Assembly: GCA_033763315.1 (NCBI GenBank) | Contig: JANRKS010000019.1 | Location: forward strand, 416,001-480,000 | Direction: 5' to 3' | DNA length: 64,000 bases | From: Deltaproteobacteria bacterium | GTDB taxonomy: Bacteria > Myxococcota_A > Polyangia > Fen-1088 | The notes under the pieces: generated by a model | Told to the model about the DNA's origin: nothing | The model's database searches: none | What the model saw: the letters and a program-made list of their open reading frames with translations, nothing else | Program-made: the position numbers and the translations under genes | Shown: piece after piece, positions 17,933-26,455 of the stretch | How the letters are laid out: every line of letters starts with the position of its first letter | How positions within the stretch are numbered: the stretch's first letter is position 1

Positions 17933-19671
17933 TAGTTTGCTCCTTTGCTGAACGCGCGCCGCTTGCGGAACGGGTCAGACGCAACGATCGAGTTAATCAT
18001 GGCTGGCAGCTTCCAGCCCGTGCCCTTGAGGTCATCCTGCAGCTTCGCAAGGACGCCCTCATCCATGTCGCCACCACCATCGGTGGGATCGGGCCCGCGG
18101 CCAAGGGCGAAAGCATAAACTGACGCGGTCACGCACTGTCCGTAGCCTTTGCTGGTCGAGATGTACTTCGCCAGCTCAAGCGCGTTGGCGAATTCCTTTT
18201 CACCATCGTCGGTCTCGAACTTTACTTTGGTGTCGATGGGCAAATCACGATCCATCGTGCGGAACCCACCGATGGCGTCGTATTGCTCAAGCACCAAGCC
18301 GGGGGGATCAAGCAGCCTGTGGCAGGCAGCGCAGCGGGGTTGAGATTCGTGCGCTTCGAAGTCCTGCCTCACTGTGTTGCCGGGCTTGCGTTCGATCTTC
18401 GTGTTGACGTCCGGCGGTGGATCACCAACCGCGCCGCACAACATCTTTTCATAGACGTAACGGCCGCGCTTCACCACGGAGGTAAGTGCCGGTTGCGACG
18501 TGGCTGCCAAGAATGATCCCTGCGTTAAGAACCCAGCGCGCTCGGTGTCCTTTGTTGAGACTTTCTTCAGTGACGAGGATCCGGGCTTCGGCAACCCGTA
18601 ATGCTCAGCCAATCGGTCGTTGGCATACGTGTAATCGCCATACATGAAGTCTGAAAAGCCAATGCTGCCTTGGAACAAGTCGCGCAACAGGCTGCGCGTC
18701 TCTTCCGTCATCGCCGTTCGCAGGCCGTCGTCGAAGTTCTTGAAAATGGCCGTATCGACCTCGTGTGGCTCCACGCCGCTGCCGCCCGCGAACGATCGCA
18801 GCGGCGTCCACAGCGCACCGAAGGTATCAATGAAGGCCTCGGCCTTGGAATCCTTCAGCATGCGATCCACCTGCGTCTTCACCTGAGCCACGGTTTTCAA
18901 CTCGTCGTTGTCGGCGGCCTTGAACAGTTCAGCATCAGGCATCGTGCTCCACAAGAAGTACGAAAGCCGCGAAGCCATCTCGTGCGAAGACACAGCGTGA
19001 GGCGTTTTCGAGTTAGGATCGGGATCGTATTCAATGCGGAACAAAAAGTGTGGCGAGCTCAAGATGCCTTGAATCGCCAAGCCGATACCCACTTCCGCTG
19101 AATCGCCCTCCGTCGTCGCGACCTTCACGAGGTCTGCAAAAATCTTCACTTCTTCATCTTTCACAGGCCGGCGGAACGCGCGGCGCATGAAATTCTTGAG
19201 GATGGTGTTCACACAAGCGTCGCCCGATGAGGGCGCACAGGTGAGAAGCTTGCCTTTCAAGGTGGAGTTGGCCAGAACGTCGGCGGCAATCTTTTCAGCC
19301 GACGCTGTGTAGCTTTCAAGCTGCACGTCATCCACTTCAAGCACGCTGGCGTTGTTGTCAAAGCCATAGCCGTAGCGATCCTTGAAACTGAAATCGTCGG
19401 CGGGCTTGAGGTTGGTGCCCAGCAGATCTCGAACGGTGTTGTTGTATTCCGTCGAATTCAAGCGACGCATAGCCACGCTGCCCGGGTCAGACCCCGAGGG
19501 CACGGAGCCGCCATTGCCACCCGACCCGCCGTCGCCGTCTGAGCCACCATCGCCATCCGAGCCGCCCGAACCGGACTTGCCCGAGCAAGCGGGTAGGGCC
19601 ACCAAGGTACCTAACAGGAGCCCGCTGCCGAGCAAGGGGAACCAAACGCTACGCGCGCGCCTAAGATGCAT
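17932..19671 (-). CDS. DUF1592/DUF1588-domain lipoprotein
   Basis: RRLNSTEYNNTVRDLLG, GFDN, ASRLSYFLWSTMPD, VKRG, CAACH; lipobox LPAC. Confidence 0.92.
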   Translation of the reverse strand: MHLRRARSVWFPLLGSGLLLGTLVALPACSGKSGSGGSDGDGGSDGDGGSGGNGGSVPSGSDPGSVAMRRLNSTEYNNTVRDLLGTNLKPADDFSFKDRYGYGFDNNASVLEVDDVQLESYTASAEKIAADVLANSTLKGKLLTCAPSSGDACVNTILKNFMRRAFRRPVKDEEVKIFADLVKVATTEGDSAEVGIGLAIQGILSSPHFLFRIEYDPDPNSKTPHAVSSHEMASRLSYFLWSTMPDAELFKAADNDELKTVAQVKTQVDRMLKDSKAEAFIDTFGALWTPLRSFAGGSGVEPHEVDTAIFKNFDDGLRTAMTEETRSLLRDLFQGSIGFSDFMYGDYTYANDRLAEHYGLPKPGSSSLKKVSTKDTERAGFLTQGSFLAATSQPALTSVVKRGRYVYEKMLCGAVGDPPPDVNTKIERKPGNTVRQDFEAHESQPRCAACHRLLDPPGLVLEQYDAIGGFRTMDRDLPIDTKVKFETDDGEKEFANALELAKYISTSKGYGQCVTASVYAFALGRGPDPTDGGGDMDEGVLAKLQDDLKGTGWKLPAMINSIVASDPFRKRRAFSKGAN

Positions 19672-19949
19672 CTAAACCTCCGAACTACAAAGATGCTTGC
19701 GGTGTCTCGGCCTGAGACTTGTTGCAGACAGGTTGGTTATAACTTGCTGCTCATAGACGCTAGGCCTGGCCGATCTCAAAGTCCACTGTCCGAAATACCT
19801 ATTCGGCGTAAAATCGAACATTTTACGGTATGCCTATACAGACGACGTTCTGCCTCGACAGGGATACTTGCCGTCGACCGGGGATTTGCTTACAGCCCGT
19901 GGGCTGTTTTTAGACGTTGCTGTGCAAACCCATATAGGCTCCTTTTCGA

Positions 19950-20852
19950 ATGTCGGTTCCTCCTCACATCGTGTTCCGCAAAGCCGCGCTGCTCGGCGTC
20001 GGTTATATGGGCGGTTCGTTGATGCTTGCGGCACGCCGCGCTGGATGCGTGGAGGAAGTGACAGGCTTCGATTTAGACCCAGCGGCCGGTTTGCCAGCCA
20101 TGGCCAAGGGTGTGGTGGACGCCATGGCGCCCACGCCAGCCGCCGCGGTTCAGGCCGCCAATCTTGTGGTGTTGGCCGCCCCCGTGGGCAGCTTGCCGGG
20201 CTTGGCCGCCGCGGTTGCGCCCCATCTTTCGCCAGGGGCCTTGGTCATTGATTTGGGCAGCGTGAAAGGATCTGTCATCGAAGCCGTTAGATCCGTGTTG
20301 CCAGCGGCGGTCTCTTTTGTGGGCTGCCATCCGCTGGCGGGGCGCGAGGCCTCCGGTGTGGCGGCTTCTGATCCTGACGTCTACGACGGCAAGCCGTGCT
20401 TGATCTGCGCGGACGCTGCGGCCACCGCGGACGTTGAACGGGCGTTTGCGTTTTGGGCCGCCGTGGGTTCGAAGCCTGTGAAGGCAGACGCGCGGGCGCA
20501 CGACGCCTTCATGGCTGCCGCCAGCCATTTGCCTCATGTGGCGGCGTTTGCTTTGGCCCACGCGCTTGGGGCGCAAGCCGAGGCCTTGGCCCAGGCGATG
20601 CCTGCGGGCGCCAGCCCCACGAGCTTGCGGGACACAACGCGCATCGCTGCATCGTCACCCGCGGTGTGGCGCGATATCTTCGTGGCCAATCGTCAGCAGC
20701 TCTTGCCAATGGTGGACGCCTTGGCGGCGAGTGTGGCCGCGCTGCGCGACGCCATCGCAGCGGAGGACGAATCCACTTTGCAGGCGTTCCTCGTGGCCGC
20801 GCGCGCGTCGCGGCGGATGTTGATTGGCGAAACCACACCCAGAGATTCATGA
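19950..20852 (+). CDS. tyrA: Prephenate/arogenate dehydrogenase
   Basis: GVGYMGGS, DLGSVK, HPLAGRE, SHLPH, RDTTRIA. Confidence 0.92.
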   Translation: MSVPPHIVFRKAALLGVGYMGGSLMLAARRAGCVEEVTGFDLDPAAGLPAMAKGVVDAMAPTPAAAVQAANLVVLAAPVGSLPGLAAAVAPHLSPGALVIDLGSVKGSVIEAVRSVLPAAVSFVGCHPLAGREASGVAASDPDVYDGKPCLICADAAATADVERAFAFWAAVGSKPVKADARAHDAFMAAASHLPHVAAFALAHALGAQAEALAQAMPAGASPTSLRDTTRIAASSPAVWRDIFVANRQQLLPMVDALAASVAALRDAIAAEDESTLQAFLVAARASRRMLIGETTPRDS

Positions 20853-21847
20853 AGGCCCTTGCTCCGATGCGTTTAGCGACGCTGACCCCGCTGTTGGTGC
20901 TTTGTTCGTGCGCCGCTCCCGAAGCGGTTCAACGTGCGGCACCGCGGCCAGCCCCGTCTCCACCCGTGCACAGCCTGTTGAACAACGTTCCGTCAAACGC
21001 GGTGTCGGTTCTTTACGTGAACTACCAACACCTGCGCGGCGATTGGAAGAAGGTGCTCGACGCAGGCGAGCCTCCTAAGCAGCGGCGCGAACAGCAAGGC
21101 TTCGTTGAGAGCGAGGATGTGGATCACGCCGTGACCTGCGCGCTTGGCGAATCAGCCTCGCCAGACAACCTCAGTCTTTATGACGGCCGCTTTCGGGACG
21201 CGGCGATGGAAGCCAGCCGCATCGGTTCAAGCGGCGATTTGCCGCGGTACCGTGACGCCGCGATGTGGGGCACCGATGGGCAAGCGATCGCGAAGCTTTC
21301 GGCCAAACGCGTGGGGGTGGGGACCCGCGTGGGCTTGCAGGCAAGCATCGACGTGGCGGCGGACGTTGCTGAACCGCTGACTGCAGAGACATGGTTCACG
21401 GAGGCCAACGAACGCATGACCTTGGCGTGGCCCGCCGTTCGGCGTGTGGGCATCGAGCTCACAGCGAAAGCCACCGGCCCCATGCGGCAGCGGCTTGAGT
21501 CGGCGTTGCCTGAGGCCAAGGCCTTGCGTTGGTTTTCCGCCCGGGCGGGTGGAACCGATGAATTCGATCTTGTGGCGTTGGGCCAAGCCGAGACCGCCGA
21601 AGGCGCGCAGGCGTTGGTGTATGCGTTGGCGGCGCGTGCGGAGCAGTGGGCCGGGCGGCCACAGGCCCGCTTTATGGGGCTGTCTGGCGTGCTGCAAGCC
21701 ATTCACTTTGATCACCAAGGCACGCTGGCGAAAGCAACGTTGCACATCAACGCTTCCGAGTGGCGATCGCTCAAGCAGCGGTTTTCGGAGCTCTTGGCCT
21801 TCCTGCGCAAACGGCAGTCCCAGTCCGAAGGCAGTGGACGCAAGTGA
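20849..21847 (+). CDS. Hypothetical lipoprotein
   Basis: ATGA overlap with tyrA; lipobox LCSC. Confidence 0.65.
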   Translation: MKALAPMRLATLTPLLVLCSCAAPEAVQRAAPRPAPSPPVHSLLNNVPSNAVSVLYVNYQHLRGDWKKVLDAGEPPKQRREQQGFVESEDVDHAVTCALGESASPDNLSLYDGRFRDAAMEASRIGSSGDLPRYRDAAMWGTDGQAIAKLSAKRVGVGTRVGLQASIDVAADVAEPLTAETWFTEANERMTLAWPAVRRVGIELTAKATGPMRQRLESALPEAKALRWFSARAGGTDEFDLVALGQAETAEGAQALVYALAARAEQWAGRPQARFMGLSGVLQAIHFDHQGTLAKATLHINASEWRSLKQRFSELLAFLRKRQSQSEGSGRK

Positions 21848-21892
21848 CGCGCGTTCCGTGACGTGCAGACGAACCGGGTATACCATTTCAAT

Positions 21893-22252
21893 ATGCGTTG
21901 GTTCGGCGTTGGCCTGCTGGCTTTGGCTTTGTGTGCGGGATGTAAATCGCGCAGGCGATACGACGGCACGTGCCAAACAGATGCGGATTGCCTCGATTTT
22001 CAAAAATGCGCGGCGCAGGTGTGCGTACGAAAGAACCCCATCTTCCAGCCATACAAACCGCCGCCTGTCCCCCAGGCAAGCGCTCCGCCTCGCAAATCCA
22101 GCAAATCTCGCACGGCGCCTTTCGAACCTCAGCCCGAGCCGCCGCCCCCACCCGTTAAGCCCGCGCCACCCAGCAAGCCTGATTTAGGGCCCGCTGTGCC
22201 CTCGCACCGGCGTGATCCCGCCCAGGCGGGTAAGTTCCGCTTGGACGCGTAA
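21893..22252 (+). CDS. Small Cys-rich, Pro-rich lipoprotein
   Basis: Lipobox CAGC; CQTDADC..C..C module; GTGACG-17-TACCAT-6-ATG upstream. Confidence 0.65.
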   Translation: MRWFGVGLLALALCAGCKSRRRYDGTCQTDADCLDFQKCAAQVCVRKNPIFQPYKPPPVPQASAPPRKSSKSRTAPFEPQPEPPPPPVKPAPPSKPDLGPAVPSHRRDPAQAGKFRLDA

Positions 22253-22273
22253 CTTGTTGGCTTTGGAAGTACC

Positions 22274-23188
22274 ATGAAGCGACGAACGTTATTGGCGGCG
22301 GCAAGCGCTGTGGGGCCGCTCGCTTGGCTGGGGAACGCGTGGGGCGCACGGAAAAAATCCAAACCGCACGCGAAGTCGCGTAAGCCGGCCGAAGCGAATA
22401 AAGACGATGACGATCCCAACTGGCAGCCATTGTTCGACGGCCAGTCACTTGAAGGTTGGCAGCCGTTCTTCGCGCCACCTGCCCCAGGCAAGCCCGCGCC
22501 CGCGTTGCCGCAAAACGTGTTCACCGTGATCGAGGACGACGGCCACAAGCTGCTGCGGATCTCAGGCGAAGCGTTTGGCGCGCTGGTGTCGGCGAAAACC
22601 TACGGGAATTATCAGCTGCGCGTGCAGTGGCGTTGGGGCAACGACAAATGGCCGCCACGGGCGCATCTGCGACGATCAAGCGGTGTGATTCTTCACGCCG
22701 TGCCCAAGGGGCCCTTGTTTGGCGACGGCAAGCCGTGGCCCACGGGTCTTGAACTCGAATTGCAGGAGGGCTCCTGCGGCGACCTTTGGGTGGGCGCAGG
22801 CGTGCGAGTGGACGTGCCATCCCGCCGCGAGCGCTTCATGGGCAATCCGCTGCTCATGTATACCGCCGGCTATCCACTGCAAACGCTTCCCGCCGCCGAC
22901 GCTGAACCACGCGTTGTGAAGAGCAACGACTATGAAAAAGGCTTCGGCGAGTGGAACACCAGTGAGGCCTTGGTGTTTGGCGGCAACATCGCTTTTATGA
23001 CCAACGGCAAACTCACCATGCAGTGTGCGAACGCGCGCACCTTTACCGGCGATGTGGAAACGCCTTTGAATGAAGGCGCGATCGCTTTGGCATCAGAAGG
23101 CGCCGAGATACATTTCAAGCGGATCGCGCTTCGTCCGCTCGCTAAGCGGCCCGATCGTTGCCGCCTGCCTGAGAAAAGGCCTTCGTAG
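22274..23188 (+). CDS. DUF1080 / 3-keto-disaccharide hydrolase family, Tat-exported
   Basis: KRRTLL signal; LFDGQSLEGW, SSGV, GEWN, GAIALASEGAEIHFK. Confidence 0.85.
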   Translation: MKRRTLLAAASAVGPLAWLGNAWGARKKSKPHAKSRKPAEANKDDDDPNWQPLFDGQSLEGWQPFFAPPAPGKPAPALPQNVFTVIEDDGHKLLRISGEAFGALVSAKTYGNYQLRVQWRWGNDKWPPRAHLRRSSGVILHAVPKGPLFGDGKPWPTGLELELQEGSCGDLWVGAGVRVDVPSRRERFMGNPLLMYTAGYPLQTLPAADAEPRVVKSNDYEKGFGEWNTSEALVFGGNIAFMTNGKLTMQCANARTFTGDVETPLNEGAIALASEGAEIHFKRIALRPLAKRPDRCRLPEKRPS

Positions 23189-23189
23189 C

Positions 23190-24212
23190 TTACGGCGGCG
23201 ACGCGGATGGCGCCGGGGCGGGGGCAGGCCGCATGGGCTTGGCCGCTTCGCCGTAGAGGAATACGCCGCCGATCGATGTCAGCGCGCCGGCGCCCATGCA
23301 CGCGCCGCCCAACGCGGCGAGGCCCTTGTCACGATCGCCCGCGGCGGCCAACACAATGGTGCCTGCGATGATGGACGTTAAGCCCACCGCGATCGCAGAC
23401 ACCGCAAACTTTTTGGAGGATCGCAGTGAGGGCGGAGGAAGCATCGGCCGTTCCGACTCAAGCAGGCCCGGCTCGTCAGGCACCCGGATGCCATCAGCCA
23501 AGCGCAACATCGCCTCTCGCGCTTCGGTGACGGTGCACACATCACAAAAGCGCGATTGCGTTTCAATTGGCAACGCGGCCGGTGCGGCGCCCGTGGTTTG
23601 AAACACGCGGGCGGACATCCGATAGCTGTTGCCCGTAATGCTCACCTGCACACGCACCACATAACGCACGGCCAACTCTTGCCCCAACTGCTTAAGGCAC
23701 GGCGACGTATCACACGCCCACAGATCTGGTTTGCCTTTGAGGCGATTCTTGAGATCTTCGTGATCGATCACCCGCACGCCTGCGCGCACCAACCCCAAGA
23801 TGAAGCCGTCTTGCAATTGGTAAACGAGCGCCGCCGGCGGGTTGTCGCCTTCAACGATGAACGCGCTGATGGCGAGCTTCGATGGCGGCGTGCTGTCAGT
23901 AAGCTGCGGCATCAGATCGGGTGGGGGGCCCGCCGCGGAAGCGGGAAGAGCCGCGGCGGGTTTGGGCGCCTCGGGCGGCTGTTCCACCACCACGGGTTTG
24001 GCAGCTTCTGCAGGCTTGGCGGCAGGCACCGGCTTGGGTGCGGCGGCGGGTTTGGCGGGCGAGCGCTTTTTCTTTTTCTTGGGTGAGGCGGCCGCGTCGG
24101 CGCCCGCCTCCGCTTCTGGGTTGGCCTGTGCGCTGGCCAGCGAAGGACAAAGCCCCGCCGGGATGCTGACGGCCACGGCCAGAAAGGTAGACAGCGTTAA
24201 AAGGCGGCGCAT
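23190..24212 (-). CDS. Exported/membrane hypothetical protein
   Basis: Signal peptide, CDTSPC and CDVC motifs, two C-terminal TM helices. Confidence 0.65.
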   Translation of the reverse strand: MRRLLTLSTFLAVAVSIPAGLCPSLASAQANPEAEAGADAAASPKKKKKRSPAKPAAAPKPVPAAKPAEAAKPVVVEQPPEAPKPAAALPASAAGPPPDLMPQLTDSTPPSKLAISAFIVEGDNPPAALVYQLQDGFILGLVRAGVRVIDHEDLKNRLKGKPDLWACDTSPCLKQLGQELAVRYVVRVQVSITGNSYRMSARVFQTTGAAPAALPIETQSRFCDVCTVTEAREAMLRLADGIRVPDEPGLLESERPMLPPPSLRSSKKFAVSAIAVGLTSIIAGTIVLAAAGDRDKGLAALGGACMGAGALTSIGGVFLYGEAAKPMRPAPAPAPSASPP

Positions 24213-25633
24213 TCGGGTCTGGGGTTGTCGCACGTCGCAGGCAGACTGTGAACGGACACGTCGAAGCAGACCCGTTTGGAGTCCTTGTTTGGAAGTCTGG
24301 GGCAGCGTCCGACGGCGCGACATTGATCCGATGAGCCCGCCTCGCAAGAGACGATCACGCGAGCGGGCCTGGGACGATAATCGAGCTCAATGCGTAAAGA
24401 CTTGAGGGCCGAGGCTCCGAGAAGACCATCTATTTCGGGCCCCTCTGGACGAATTTCTGCGCGTACGGCCTGCAAAATGGCGCTGTTATCAGGAATCACA
24501 AGCACTTCGATTCCTTTGTTCAATTCAACGTAGGCCGCGCTTGCCACGCCCTTTGAGGTTTCGCGAGGGTCGCGGTCGCAGGGTTCCGGACAATGTGCGA
24601 CCGAAGAGCTTTGGCTTTGGCTGATCGCCACAAGTTCCGTGCGGCGCGCGCGGCCAAGCTCAACGCAGGCGCCGGGATCTTGGGCGGCGCTGGTTTCCAG
24701 GTTCACCAACGCCAAGCTGGGCAAGCTGGCCCGGCGGCCAATGATGGGTTCTGAATGCGCGGGATGAAAGATGGGGACCGCGTCGGCCGGCGTCGCGGCA
24801 GGGGCGGGCAGACGCGGAAAGATGCGCGCCCAAGCCGATTCGGCGATCAACACGCCGCCGAGGCCCGTGGCCAGGGCCAGCGACACATCCACGCCGGTGG
24901 CCAGCGTGCGCTCTTGGCCCTTGCAACAGGTGGGCAAAACCTCGGTCGAAGGCACAAAGGCGGCAGGCGCCGCACACCCACGCAGAACAACCTGGGACCC
25001 GGGGAACTGATGAGGTCCTCGGATGCCGAAGATGTCGGGTTGTCCCTTGGCGTTCAATTGACCGCCCCCCAACAAATTCATCTCAAGCACGGCGTATTTG
25101 GCGGTGTCGAGAAAGCCCGTGCTGGCGGGTTGCCGATCCCAAATTGTTACAGTGGGCGCCGCGGTGGCTTCACGTCGCGCGAAGGTAGGCACATAGCTGC
25201 GCAGGAACTCACCACCCAGAACCGCCAACACGGGTCCATCGAGCCCTGGAGGTGGCCCCGTCAGCGCCAGGGGCTGGGCCCACAAGCCTTTGAAGCTGCC
25301 ACGCAGCAGGGGCTGCGCAGAATCGGCGGCCAGCAGGTCGAACCCGTGCTCTTGCAGCCCCCCGCCGGGCGTGCCATTCCACAGGTTCACCGGCGACGAC
25401 GTGTCGAGCAGGGCCCAACCCACTTGTTGCGTGCTGCGATCGCGGATGCGGGCCCACAAGGCGCCGTCAGAGGCCGCAGACAGCGTCACCGGCTCCCCGT
25501 CAAACGTGCAACAGTCGTCGCCGCAGGCGGGCAGGTAGGCCAAGGCAGCGAACAAAACCAAAACGCCTCCCCATTTGCCGAAGGGAGGCGCACACGAGCG
25601 TCGATGCAGGGCGGCGGATGCGCGGAACGTCAC
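24197..25633 (-). CDS. Cys-rich lipoprotein with aspartic-protease-like motifs
   Basis: LPAC lipobox; ALLDTSSP..AVLGGEFL; second lobe LATGLG..DGLLG. Confidence 0.55.
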   Translation of the reverse strand: MTFRASAALHRRSCAPPFGKWGGVLVLFAALAYLPACGDDCCTFDGEPVTLSAASDGALWARIRDRSTQQVGWALLDTSSPVNLWNGTPGGGLQEHGFDLLAADSAQPLLRGSFKGLWAQPLALTGPPPGLDGPVLAVLGGEFLRSYVPTFARREATAAPTVTIWDRQPASTGFLDTAKYAVLEMNLLGGGQLNAKGQPDIFGIRGPHQFPGSQVVLRGCAAPAAFVPSTEVLPTCCKGQERTLATGVDVSLALATGLGGVLIAESAWARIFPRLPAPAATPADAVPIFHPAHSEPIIGRRASLPSLALVNLETSAAQDPGACVELGRARRTELVAISQSQSSSVAHCPEPCDRDPRETSKGVASAAYVELNKGIEVLVIPDNSAILQAVRAEIRPEGPEIDGLLGASALKSLRIELDYRPRPARVIVSCEAGSSDQCRAVGRCPRLPNKDSKRVCFDVSVHSLPATCDNPRPECAAF

Positions 25634-25642
25634 CCGCGAAGA

Positions 25643-26377
25643 CTACTTCGACTTGCCCTTGCCGTTCTGCTTTTTCTCGTCGAGCTTTTGCTTCAATTTC
25701 GCAAGCAGGGCTTCGAAGGATTCCTTCTTGATGACCTTGTTGAATTCCGCGCGATACGTTTCAAGAAGGCTCTGTTCGTCAGTGACAACGTCATACACAA
25801 CCCAGCCGCGTTGTTTGTGGACCAAGCGGTACTCCATCGCCACGTCCACGGGCTTGCCGCGCGACACCGTGGTCAACTTTGCCTGCACGGTGGCTTCGGT
25901 CGGCTTAAGGTCTTCCTTTTCCCAGTCCAACTTGTAGTTGGCCGAACCGTTCATCTGGTCGATGTAGTTGCGTTCGACGAGCTCCCGCAAGGTGGCGACG
26001 AACTCCCGTCGCTTGGCGGGCGCGATGCCATCCCAGTGCTTCGACAGCGAGCGCTGCGCCAGCTCTTGAAAGTCCAAGAAGCCATTGACCACGTCACGCA
26101 CTTCCTGCGTTTTGGCGTCGTTCTGTGGCGACCAAGAGGGGCTGCTCTTGCCCACCAGCTTTTGCAGCTTCACGTGTGACTTCTTGAGGTCTTCCATAGG
26201 GTGCGACCCTGGAGGAGCGGGAACCACAGGCGATTCTGGCTCCTCAGCCGGCGCTTTTACGGCAGCGGCTGGCGCGGGGGCCACGATTTTCTTCTTTGCG
26301 GGCTTCGCTGCGGCGAAGGCGGGGGCGGTGGCGAACGAAACCGTCAGCAATGCGACGAGTGAAAAGTGAGCTTTCAT
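25643..26377 (-). CDS. mlaC: MlaC/Ttg2D phospholipid-binding protein
   Basis: DFQELAQRSLSKHW, YRL..WVVYDV..SLLETYRAEF. Confidence 0.85.
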   Translation of the reverse strand: MKAHFSLVALLTVSFATAPAFAAAKPAKKKIVAPAPAAAVKAPAEEPESPVVPAPPGSHPMEDLKKSHVKLQKLVGKSSPSWSPQNDAKTQEVRDVVNGFLDFQELAQRSLSKHWDGIAPAKRREFVATLRELVERNYIDQMNGSANYKLDWEKEDLKPTEATVQAKLTTVSRGKPVDVAMEYRLVHKQRGWVVYDVVTDEQSLLETYRAEFNKVIKKESFEALLAKLKQKLDEKKQNGKGKSK

Positions 26378-26455
26378 ATGGATCCCTCTATACTTGAGAC
26401 GGAGCCGGGGCAAAAGTTATGCACGGCGAATTCGGGCGCTGCGGAAAATACCACG

